A stretch of 64,000 nucleotides of DNA from Patescibacteria group bacterium. GTDB lineage: Bacteria; Patescibacteriota; Patescibacteriia; UBA9934; GWF2-40-263. The translations under genes and the position numbers were made by a program. Every line of letters begins with the position of its first letter. The first letter of the stretch is position 1. This document shows positions 17,847 to 25,476 of this stretch, in pieces. The notes under the pieces were generated by a model. The model was not told the DNA's origin. It searched no databases and saw only the letters and a program-made list of their open reading frames with translations. The stretch is taken from the NCBI GenBank assembly GCA_004297215.1, contig SCUM01000001.1, forward strand, positions 545,181 to 609,180, given 5' to 3'.

Positions 17847-20318
17847 CTACGGGTTCGACGCGGCGGCTGGGGCTTCGGCCGCGGCTTCCGCGACGGGCTC
17901 GGTTGGGGGCGGCTGGGTGGCGCCGGTCTCGCCGGCCTCCACCGGTTCCGGGAGCACCGTGGTGTTCTCGCCGGCTTTCATGCGCTCGAGGCGCTTTGTG
18001 ACCAGCTCGTTGTCCGGATTGAGCTCGGCGACGCGGGAAACGAGCGCGATGGCCTGCTCGCTCTTCCTCGCGATCTCATAGGCGCTCGCGAGGAACCACA
18101 TCACGTTGGAATTGTCCTTCACCAGGCCGTTCGCGCGCTCAAGCTCGGCGATCGCCTTGTTCGTTTCCTTCAGGCGCAGGTACAGGAGCCCGAGCTCGAG
18201 GGAGAGCCCCACGTCGAGCGGGTTTTGCACGGTGAGCGCCGCGAGGCCGGCGGCGGCCTCGGACAGCTTGTCGTTGCGCTCGGCGAGCACGGCGAGGTAA
18301 TAGCGCGCCGGGGCGTAGTCGGGCTTGAGCTCCACGGCCTTGTCGAGCGCCTCCTTGGCGGCCTGCAACTCCTTGGGGAGCGCCTCCTTGGCCTTCGCGG
18401 ATACCTCCGCGTCCTTGTTGTTTTGGAGCGCCCGGGCGCGGTCGGCGACCGAGAGGTGCACGCGCGCGAGTTCCACGCGCAGCGACGGGTTGTTGGGCTC
18501 CAGATCGATCGCCTGCTGGAAGCTGGCCGCCGCGAAATCCTCGGCGTTGCCCACGAAGTTCATGAGCTCGCGGTAAATCGCGCCGCGGGTGCTCCAGTTG
18601 GCCACCTGCTCGGGCGCGATCGCGGTGGCGCGGCTGGCGGCGTCGACCGCGAGCGACACGTACTGCTGCAGCCGCTGCGTATCCTCGGGCTTGGGTTGGG
18701 CGCCAATGGCGGCCGCCACGGACCCGGCCTGCACGAGGCTCGCGGAGGCGAGGTTGCGCCAGTACAGGTCGCTGCTGGCGTTGCGATTCACGGCCTCACC
18801 CAGCTGGAGGAGAATCTCCTCGGCCGGCTTCCCTTCGCGGTCCATCTTGAGCGCCTTGGAAAACGCGAGCTCGGCGCCGTAGCGCTGCGCCACCACCGAG
18901 ACGCCCGTGAGCGTGCCCACGAGCACCACCACGAAGGCGAACGACCCGGCAAGGCCCAGGCGCGGGTCATCCGAGAAGTCCACCGTCTTGGGCGCGAGGA
19001 GCACCTGCGAGGCCAACAGCCCCGAAAGGGCGAAGAGGAGGAAGGAGAGGGAGAAGTTAGACGCGTACAAGAGGTGCGCGAGCAGCACCGCGAGCCAGCC
19101 CGTGAGGAACACGAAGGTCATCTTCCACTCATCCCCCTCGCGCTCCTTGAGGATGCGCGAGAACGCCATCAGGCCGAGCAGAACGAAGAAGGCCGTGGCG
19201 AGCAGCACGGGAATCACGCCGTAGGTGGCAAGCGCGGTGAGGAGGTGGCTCTTGGCACGGTCGAACCGCAGGGTCCAGAACCGCGACTGGTTCACTTCCA
19301 CCGGGCGGTACTTGGCGTAATCCTCGGCAAAGGTGCCCGGGCCGGAGCCAAACAGCATCGGGAGGACCCCCTCCTTGAGCGTTTGGCCGGCAATGCTCGC
19401 GCTCATCCCGTAGGTGGGCGAGATGACCGACGGGAACGGCAGCGAGAACGGGCTCTTGATCTGTGGGAGGATGAACACCACGGCGGCGGCGAGCATGAGC
19501 AGCGGAAGCACGAACCGCTGCGGGTGCGGGAAGCGCTTGGCCTGCAAGAACAGGAACGCGGCCATCACGAGCACGCCTGCGACCACCAGCATCCACAGGA
19601 CCCAGAAGTCGACAGAGAGCAGGAGCACGAGCGCGAGCACGGCGTTGCCCACGGAAAGGACGCGCAGCAACAATCCGGCCTTGCCGTCCGGGGCCGGGTC
19701 GCCGCCGGAGCCGTCACTCACCACGAACGAGGCGCAGCCGAGCAAGGCGCAGACGGTGACGAACGCGGCGAGGGCGTTCACGGTGCCGATCGTGTTGAAC
19801 CCGGCGGCGGCGCCGATGCCCGGGAGCGGCACGCCAAGCACGAGCGCGATGGCCATGAGCGCGGACAGGAAGCCGGCGCCAAGGAGCGCGGTGAGCAGCC
19901 GTCGCTGGAGCGAGGTCTCATGCGCGACGTGCGAGAGGAGCACGAACAGCAATCCGAAGGAGAGCAGCGACAGGAAGCTCATGTACTCCTGCCCGCCCTG
20001 CCCGATCCAGCTCAGGTAGCCGCTCGAGGAGAGCGCGGCGGACACGGCCACCGAGACGAGCGCGCCGGCGCCCACCGCGTACAGCCAGCTCGGCCGGATG
20101 GACAGCCGCTTTCGCATCACCATCCCGCCCAGCCAGGAGAACAATCCGACGGCGAGCAGGGCGACGAGCAGCGTCTGCTTATTGATCTCGAGCGCGTCCG
20201 ACGTCCAGGGGAGGAAGAACAGCGGGAGCAGGAGAAAGAGCAGCACCAGCGCGAGGCGTGACAGCGGGCCGGCAAGGCGGACCAACTTCGACTCGCCCGA
20301 GGCGAAAGACATGTCCAT
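17847..20318 (-). CDS. O-antigen ligase (Wzy_C)-domain polytopic membrane protein with a C-terminal TPR-repeat domain
   Basis: The N-terminal ~420 aa hold about 10-12 hydrophobic helices with Wzy_C-like loop organisation. The C-terminal ~350 aa are TPR-like (AIDLEPNNPSLRVELARVHL..., YAPARYYLAVLAER..., LELGLLYLRLKETNKAIAELE). It lies directly upstream of the Gly-rich protein on the same strand. Confidence 0.6.
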   Translation of the reverse strand: MDMSFASGESKLVRLAGPLSRLALVLLFLLLPLFFLPWTSDALEINKQTLLVALLAVGLFSWLGGMVMRKRLSIRPSWLYAVGAGALVSVAVSAALSSSGYLSWIGQGGQEYMSFLSLLSFGLLFVLLSHVAHETSLQRRLLTALLGAGFLSALMAIALVLGVPLPGIGAAAGFNTIGTVNALAAFVTVCALLGCASFVVSDGSGGDPAPDGKAGLLLRVLSVGNAVLALVLLLSVDFWVLWMLVVAGVLVMAAFLFLQAKRFPHPQRFVLPLLMLAAAVVFILPQIKSPFSLPFPSVISPTYGMSASIAGQTLKEGVLPMLFGSGPGTFAEDYAKYRPVEVNQSRFWTLRFDRAKSHLLTALATYGVIPVLLATAFFVLLGLMAFSRILKEREGDEWKMTFVFLTGWLAVLLAHLLYASNFSLSFLLFALSGLLASQVLLAPKTVDFSDDPRLGLAGSFAFVVVLVGTLTGVSVVAQRYGAELAFSKALKMDREGKPAEEILLQLGEAVNRNASSDLYWRNLASASLVQAGSVAAAIGAQPKPEDTQRLQQYVSLAVDAASRATAIAPEQVANWSTRGAIYRELMNFVGNAEDFAAASFQQAIDLEPNNPSLRVELARVHLSVADRARALQNNKDAEVSAKAKEALPKELQAAKEALDKAVELKPDYAPARYYLAVLAERNDKLSEAAAGLAALTVQNPLDVGLSLELGLLYLRLKETNKAIAELERANGLVKDNSNVMWFLASAYEIARKSEQAIALVSRVAELNPDNELVTKRLERMKAGENTTVLPEPVEAGETGATQPPPTEPVAEAAAEAPAAASNP

Positions 20319-20347
20319 ACGTTAGACGAAATCATGAACGATTGGCC

Positions 20348-20385
20348 GCAGTATACCACGGCCTCCGGGCGCTGTCTGGTACAAT
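20348..20385. promoter_or_regulatory. Candidate face-to-face divergent extended -10 promoters
   Basis: TGgTACAAT at 20371-20379 on the plus strand lies 23 nt upstream of the cca ATG. TGGTATACT on the minus strand (20355-20363) lies upstream of the Wzy_C-TPR gene. No clear -35 elements were seen. Confidence 0.3.
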
Positions 20386-20401
20386 GGGGTGGATAGGTCT
20401 T

Positions 20402-21769
20402 ATGCCGTACGATCCCACCGACGCGGCGCGTCGCCTGCGGTCCCTGCTTGATCGGGACCCGGCGTTGGCGTTCACCAAGGCGTTCCTGCGCGATCATCCG
20501 GGTGCGGACCTGTACCTGGTGGGCGGCGCCCTGCGTGACGCCTTGCTCGGGCGCGACGCGAAGGACGTGGACCTGGTGGCGCGCGGACGCGCGCGCGGCG
20601 AACTCGAGCGTTGGCTGCGATCGCGCGGCGCGGTCGAGCTCGTGGGCGAGACGTTCGGCGTGTACAAGTTCCTCCCGCACGGGATCTCGCCGAAGGAGCG
20701 GCCGTTCGTGGACGTCGCCCTGCCCCGCCGGGAGCACGCGAGCGCCGGGAGCCTTGGCGGCTATCGCGATTTCGACCTGCAGGTGGATCCGATGCTTCCC
20801 ATCGAGGCGGATCTCGCCCGGCGCGACTTCACGGTAAACGCCATGGCGTACGACCTGCGCCGCGGCACGATCGTGGACCCCTGGCATGGGCAGAGCGACC
20901 TGCGCCTGGGGGTGATCCGCGCCGTCGGCGTGCCCGGCGAACGCTTCCTGGAAGACCTTTCCCGCCTCCTGCGCGCCATCCGTTTCGCCGCGGAGCTCGG
21001 GTTCGACATCGAGGATGCCACCCGACTCGCCCTGCATGAAGCCGCGCCCAACATCAACGACGTCCGCGAAACGGATGGGGTCCGGCATTTCGTCGTGCCG
21101 CGCGAGACGGTGGGAAGCGAGCTGGCCAAGGCGTTCGTCGCGCACGCGTTCGTCGCCGCCGACCTCCTGCAAAAAAGCGGCCTCATGCGCGAGCTCCTCC
21201 CGGAGGCGGAAGCGTCCTTTTCGGGCGATGCGCGCTTCTTTGAGCCGCTGCGCGCGCTTCCCGCAGGCCGCCTCACGGCCGCGCTCGCGCTCCTCATGCG
21301 CGCCGTTCCCGCCGCCACGGTCATCCCGGCGCTCAAACGCGTCGGTTTGGACACCCTTCCCTCCGGGAGCCCCCTGCGCGCGCATCTCGATGACGTGGCA
21401 TGGATCGTCACGCGCATCCAGCAAGGCGCCCCGGATCCCGCCACGATGCGCCCGGGCCTGTTCGAACGAACCTTCATGAACGGGCATGCGAAGAACTATG
21501 TCCTCGTGCTGAAGGCGCTCGGCAACGACGCGGTCGTCGCGGCTGCTGAAATGCGGGCGCAGGAGCTGCGCCGCGCCTGGGGAGTCACCGAAGACGAACG
21601 GATCCCCGCGCTCGTGTCCGGCGACGACGCGATTGCCGCCGGCCTCGCGCCAGGGCCCCGCGTGCGCCTCGCCCTCGACGCCGTGCGCGACGCGCAGCTC
21701 GAAGGCACGGTGATGACCCGCACGCGCGCGCTCAAGTGGCTCAAGGAACACCTGGGGACGGCGTACTGA
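20402..21769 (+). CDS. cca: tRNA nucleotidyltransferase (CCA-adding) / poly(A) polymerase family protein
   Basis: Pol-beta head-domain motif DLYLVGGALRDALLGRDAKDVDLVARG. The start was set at the ATG preceded by GGTGGATAGG; ~455 aa. Confidence 0.7.
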   Translation: MPYDPTDAARRLRSLLDRDPALAFTKAFLRDHPGADLYLVGGALRDALLGRDAKDVDLVARGRARGELERWLRSRGAVELVGETFGVYKFLPHGISPKERPFVDVALPRREHASAGSLGGYRDFDLQVDPMLPIEADLARRDFTVNAMAYDLRRGTIVDPWHGQSDLRLGVIRAVGVPGERFLEDLSRLLRAIRFAAELGFDIEDATRLALHEAAPNINDVRETDGVRHFVVPRETVGSELAKAFVAHAFVAADLLQKSGLMRELLPEAEASFSGDARFFEPLRALPAGRLTAALALLMRAVPAATVIPALKRVGLDTLPSGSPLRAHLDDVAWIVTRIQQGAPDPATMRPGLFERTFMNGHAKNYVLVLKALGNDAVVAAAEMRAQELRRAWGVTEDERIPALVSGDDAIAAGLAPGPRVRLALDAVRDAQLEGTVMTRTRALKWLKEHLGTAY

Positions 21770-21778
21770 CGCGAGACG

Positions 21779-21807
21779 AAAAAGACCCCCGGAAGGGAGT
21801 CTTTTTT
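21779..21807. terminator. Bidirectional rho-independent terminator shared by cca (+) and tRNA-Val (-)
   Basis: aaaaagacccc-cggaa-ggg(a)gtcttttttgg: a hairpin with an A-run on one side and a T-run on the other. Confidence 0.55.
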
Positions 21808-21883
21808 GGTGGGCGGCAGAGGAGTCGAACCTCTGACCTTCACAATGTCAATGTGACGCTCTAACCAACTGAGCTAGCCGCCC
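21807..21883 (-). tRNA. tRNA-Val (anticodon GAC)
   Basis: Minus strand GGGCGGCTAGCTCAGTTGGTTAGAGCGTCACATTGACATTGTGAAGGTCAGAGGTTCGACTCCTCTGCCGCCCACCA. All four stems pair canonically; anticodon loop UUGACAU; CCA is encoded. Confidence 0.9.
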
Positions 21884-21922
21884 GAAAATGTGCCGCGAGC
21901 GTATCGAAAACGGACGTCCGCG

Positions 21923-23209
21923 TCAACCCTTCCGCCGCAAGGCGATCATCAGGTCCGAGACGTTGCTCCCCGTGTGGCCCGTCATGATCTGTCCCCCGGC
22001 TTTCTTGAAGAACGACGACGAGTCGTTGCGAGCGAGGAACGCGTCGGGGTCCAGTTTCTTCTTGCGTGCGGCGTCACGGACCGTTGCGTCGGCGAATGCG
22101 CCGGCGACCGGACCGTTGTCGATGCCGTCGGAGGCGCAGGAGAGCACGAGCCCGTCGTCCGGGACGTGTGACAGGGCCCCGAGCGCGAGCTCCTGGTTGC
22201 GGCCGCCGCGGCCCGAGCCGCGCACGGTCACGGTGGTCTCGCCCCCGGCGATCACCATCTCCCCGGGCTGCGGCAGCCCGGCAAGCGTGGCGCCCACCTG
22301 TCGCGCCTCGCCCGAGACCGCGGTGCCGTGCACGCGCACCACGTACCCGCGGCGCTCCCCTTCTTCTTCCATGGCCGCAAGCGCGGTGCGGTTGCCGAGG
22401 ATCAGCACGTTGGTCACCCGCTGGAACAGCGCCGGATCCTTGGGGGTCTCGCGCAGCTCGCACGCGGGGAGCTTGCAGGCCTTGAGCGGGTCGTAGCGAT
22501 CCATGATCCTGCGCGCGTCGTCGATGGTCGTCTGGTCGAGCACGGTAGGGCCCGACGCGACCTGGGAGATGTCGTCCCCGGGCACGTCGGAAAAGACGAG
22601 GCCGAGCACGGTCGCGGGAGCGGCGAGCGCGGCGAGCTGGCCGCCGAGGATCTCGGAGACGTGCTTGCGCACCGTGTTCGTCTCGTGGATGTCGGCGCCC
22701 TCGCGCATGAGCGCGGCGGTGAGCATGGACACCTGGTCGCACGTGAGCGCATGGGGCCAGCACAGGAGCGCGGAGCCGCCGCCGGAAGCGATCACGATGA
22801 GCAGGTCGTCGGGACGCAGGCTCTTCACGAGCCCGATGATCTCGCCGGTGGCGCGCACGTTGGCGGGGCTCGGCAGAGGATGGGAGCCGGCGATGCTCTT
22901 CAGGCGTTTCAGCTTCCCCGCCTTCACGTCGAGCACGATCCCGTCCGTGAGGCGTTCTCCGAGGATCCCTTCAAGCGCGGCAGCCGCCTCGTACGCGGCC
23001 TTGCCGATGCCGATCACGAACGTGCGGCCGAACCGGCTGAGGTCGAACCGCCGCCCGCGCACCGTGAGCATGCGCCCCTCACGCGAAACCGCCTCGCGCA
23101 TGGCGGCGCGCGTGTCGATGGCCCGGAGGCCCGCCTCAAGCACCGCAAGCGCGTCGCGCCGGCGGCGGTCGGTGGCAAGGGCGGCGTAGTTCTTCACGAC
23201 ATGCTTCAT
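21923..23209 (-). CDS. Glycerate kinase (MOFRL/GckA family; glycerate 2-kinase-like)
   Basis: 428 aa. The N-terminal DUF4147-like region reads FVIGIGKAAYEAAAALEG, followed by LIVIASGGGSALL and a C-terminal MOFRL-like segment. Confidence 0.75.
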   Translation of the reverse strand: MKHVVKNYAALATDRRRRDALAVLEAGLRAIDTRAAMREAVSREGRMLTVRGRRFDLSRFGRTFVIGIGKAAYEAAAALEGILGERLTDGIVLDVKAGKLKRLKSIAGSHPLPSPANVRATGEIIGLVKSLRPDDLLIVIASGGGSALLCWPHALTCDQVSMLTAALMREGADIHETNTVRKHVSEILGGQLAALAAPATVLGLVFSDVPGDDISQVASGPTVLDQTTIDDARRIMDRYDPLKACKLPACELRETPKDPALFQRVTNVLILGNRTALAAMEEEGERRGYVVRVHGTAVSGEARQVGATLAGLPQPGEMVIAGGETTVTVRGSGRGGRNQELALGALSHVPDDGLVLSCASDGIDNGPVAGAFADATVRDAARKKKLDPDAFLARNDSSSFFKKAGGQIMTGHTGSNVSDLMIALRRKG

Positions 23210-23628
23210 ACGATCGGCTCTTCAGGCTCTTCGCCGTCCTTCTCAAGCCGCACCCACGGGCGGATCGACGTGCTCGCGAGCGCGAGGATCAGGAACCCGC
23301 CCGCGACCAGGGCGGCGGCGCCGATCAAGAAGGCGACAAGGATGGTCGAGAAGCCGCAACCGAACAGGGCGGCCAATGACTCGGCTTTCGTCTGAGACGC
23401 CACGAGGCACGCGTTGAGCGCCGCGCCGGAGCGTCCGACGCCGTAGACGGACGCGCCGATGCCGCACGCAAACGCGAGCAGGGTGAACAGGCAGCTGAAC
23501 CGCACCTTGCGCACGCGCCCGAGGCGCAACAGCGACACCAGCGCGAACATCACGCCGCCGCCCACCCAATAGAGGAGCGACCAGATGAGGGCGAGCAGGA
23601 TGACGAGCGCGCGCACTTCTGGATCCAT
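23206..23628 (-). CDS. Hypothetical small membrane protein (140 aa, 4 TM helices)
   Basis: Hydrophobic ORF whose stop overlaps the glycerate kinase start (ATGA); no family recognised. Confidence 0.4.
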   Translation of the reverse strand: MDPEVRALVILLALIWSLLYWVGGGVMFALVSLLRLGRVRKVRFSCLFTLLAFACGIGASVYGVGRSGAALNACLVASQTKAESLAALFGCGFSTILVAFLIGAAALVAGGFLILALASTSIRPWVRLEKDGEEPEEPIV

Positions 23629-23712
23629 ATGGGTCCGAGTATAGCACCATTGCCATTTCGCGCGTAAAATGGTGGAATGCGCCCTCGCCTAAGTCGCGAG
23701 GTCGCTCAGTTC

Positions 23713-23789
23713 AGGCCCGTAGCTCAGCTGGTTAGAGCGCCGAGCTTATACCTCGGTGGTCGATGGTTCGAGTCCATCCGGGCCTACCA
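23713..23789 (+). tRNA. tRNA-Ile with anticodon UAU (reads AUA)
   Basis: AGGCCCGTAGCTCAGCTGGTTAGAGCGCCGAGCTTATACCTCGGTGGTCGATGGTTCGAGTCCATCCGGGCCTACCA. The D-arm is identical to canonical tRNA-Ile. The anticodon stem CCGAG/CTCGG encloses loop CUUAUAC, giving anticodon UAU with A37. CCA is encoded. Confidence 0.85.
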
Positions 23790-23796
23790 TGAAATC

Positions 23797-23932
23797 AAAA
23801 CTTGAAACATGAAAACTTGAAGGATCAAAGGGTGACGGAAAGGTTGAAGGACGAAGTTTAAAATTTCATTCTTCATCCATTCGACCTTTCCATGAAACTT
23901 TGGTCCTTCAAGATTTGGTTCTTCAAGTTTTC
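23797..23932. mobile_element. AT-rich ~136-bp MITE-like element with ~34-bp terminal inverted repeats (copy A)
   Basis: Left arm aaacttgaaacatgaaaacttgaaggatcaaagg and right arm cctttggtccttcaagatttggttcttcaagttt are reverse complements. About 85% identical to copy B at 31252-31387. GC is far below the genomic background. It starts 8 bp after the tRNA-Ile 3' end. Confidence 0.6.
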
Positions 23933-23941
23933 GTTCACCCT

Positions 23942-24121
23942 ATGCCATTCCTCTTCCTCGGCATCCTCATCCTCGGCGTCGGCATCTATTTCTATCGCGA
24001 GGCGAAAAAACAGCACGACCACGAAGGCGAGATCGGATGCAAGGCGCTCATCGTCGCCGGGATCATCCTGATTCTCGTGCATGGGCTGTTTTTCCGCACC
24101 GTGATCGTGCTCGGACTATGA
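23942..24121 (+). CDS. Possible small two-helix membrane protein (59 aa) overlapping the rluA start
   Basis: MPFLFLGILILGVGIYFYREAKKQHDHEGEIGCKALIVAGIILILVHGLFF.... Its stop TGA overlaps the rluA-family ATG (ATGA). The upstream part of the annotated ORF is repeat-derived, so support is weak. Confidence 0.3.
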   Translation: MPFLFLGILILGVGIYFYREAKKQHDHEGEIGCKALIVAGIILILVHGLFFRTVIVLGL

Positions 24122-25035
24122 AGAAGCTCGCCGTGCCGCCCGAAGCCGACAAGATGCGCCTCGACCTGTTCTTGGCGGGCGCGCTCAAGTGTGCGCGCAC
24201 CAAGGCGCAGGCCCATGTGAAGGCCGGGCTGGTCCGTCGCGCCGGGGCGGCGATGAAGCCGCACGCGCCGGTGCATGCGGGCGACGTGCTCGAGATCGAC
24301 CCGGTCGCGAAGGCGCCGGCGTCCAGGGCAAAGCTTCCCGAACTCGACATCCTGTTCGAGGATGATTCCCTGCTCGTCGTGAACAAGCCGGCGGGGCTCT
24401 TGGTGCACGAGGCGCACCCGGGCGACCTCTCCCCCACCCTTGCGGATGCCGCCGCAAAGCACGCGCCGAAGATCAGGAAGGTCGGCGAGGCGGGCCGCCA
24501 CGGCATCGTGCACCGGCTCGACAAGGACGTGTCCGGCGTGATCGCGATCCCGAAGACGCAGGAGATGTTCGAATTCCTCAAAGCCGCCTTCACGAACCGC
24601 GAGCTGGGCAAGGAATACGTCGCGCTCGTGTACGGCAAGCTCCCCAAGGACCATGACCGCATCACGTTCAAGATCGCGAGGTCGAAAAGCAAGGGCCGCA
24701 TGGTGGCGCGCCCGGAGTCGCAGGAAGGCAAGGACGCGGTCACCGAATACGAGGTCATCGCGCGGTACAAGACGGTCACGCTCGTGAAGGTGACGATCGA
24801 GACCGGCCGCACGCACCAGATCCGAACCCATTTCCGCGCCATCGACCATCCGGTGGTGGGAGACACGTTGTATTTCAAGAAGCGGATGAAGAACATCCGG
24901 CCAATCGAGATGGACCGATTGTTCCTGCACGCGCGGCGGCTGGAAATTCCCCTGCCGGACGGCACCCGCAAGGCGTTTAAGGCCCCGCTCCCCGCCGAGC
25001 TCGAAGCCGTCCTGAAGACGCTGCCGACGGTATGA
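24118..25035 (+). CDS. RluA-family 23S/tRNA pseudouridine synthase (with S4-like N-terminus)
   Basis: Start at MKKLAVPPEADKMRLDLFLAG (S4). The catalytic HRLDKDVSGV motif and the PLPDGTRK...F C-terminus are typical of RluA/RluD. Confidence 0.85.
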   Translation: MKKLAVPPEADKMRLDLFLAGALKCARTKAQAHVKAGLVRRAGAAMKPHAPVHAGDVLEIDPVAKAPASRAKLPELDILFEDDSLLVVNKPAGLLVHEAHPGDLSPTLADAAAKHAPKIRKVGEAGRHGIVHRLDKDVSGVIAIPKTQEMFEFLKAAFTNRELGKEYVALVYGKLPKDHDRITFKIARSKSKGRMVARPESQEGKDAVTEYEVIARYKTVTLVKVTIETGRTHQIRTHFRAIDHPVVGDTLYFKKRMKNIRPIEMDRLFLHARRLEIPLPDGTRKAFKAPLPAELEAVLKTLPTV

Positions 25036-25472
25036 AGACTGTAGGATAAAGGATGTAGGATTATGGGCGTTGAACCTTCGGAGCAGACCTTCCATCAAAG
25101 GTTACGGGGCAAGATGGACTCATACGTCCATCTTGTTTATGACCTGACGGGAAAATTCCCTTCGGAAGAAAAGTTTGGTGTGACTTCTCAATTGCGTCGA
25201 GCTGCATTATCTGTCGTGTTGAACTACGTGGAAGGCTTTGCGCGATTCCGAAGCCGAGTAAACAAGAACTTCCTAGAAATCTCCTTTGGTTCTTTAAAGG
25301 AATCGGAATATTTGGTCGACTTCTCGTCGAAGAGGGGTTATTGTTCGCGGGAAGAGACCGTCGTGATACGGGAGACGGCGCGAGAAATCGGCGCCATGCT
25401 ATGGGGCATCCTGCAACGCATCGAGTAGCCATCCCATCCTTCATCCTACAGTCTTCAGTCTACATCCTACTT
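25036..25472. mobile_element. Inverted-repeat-flanked cassette carrying a four-helix-bundle protein gene
   Basis: Left IR agactgtaggataaaggatgtaggatt (25036-25062) and right IR ccatcccatccttcatcctacagtcttcagtctacatcctac (25429-25472) are mutually reverse-complementary. The enclosed ORF has much lower GC than its surroundings. Confidence 0.5.
25063..25428 (+). CDS. Four-helix-bundle protein (TIGR02436-like; '23S rRNA intervening-sequence protein' family)
   Basis: ...[59 protein letters not shown]... matches the family signature [30 protein letters not shown]...GSLNELETQL. An alternative start is the internal MDSYVHL. Confidence 0.8.
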   Translation: [121 protein letters not shown]

Positions 25473-25476
25473 CCCT

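Noticed and set aside
17793-20261. 822-aa plus-strand ORF antisense to the Wzy_C-TPR gene
   Set aside because: Extremely R/E/G/H-rich with no TM or domain logic; it overlaps a gene with coherent membrane and TPR architecture.
20117-21751. 544-aa minus-strand ORF antisense to cca
   Set aside because: cca has the pol-beta head motif in the plus frame; the antisense ORF is low complexity.
23629-23712. sigma70-type promoter for tRNA-Ile (TAAAAT at ~23673)
   Set aside because: A -10-like hexamer is present but the only TTG-containing -35 candidate has a 9-nt spacer, which is too weak to report as a feature.
23992-25098. 368-aa minus-strand ORF opposite the rluA-family gene
   Set aside because: The rluA-family gene has the catalytic HRLD motif on the plus strand. 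The antisense ORF runs through the IR-flanked cassette and has no motif support.
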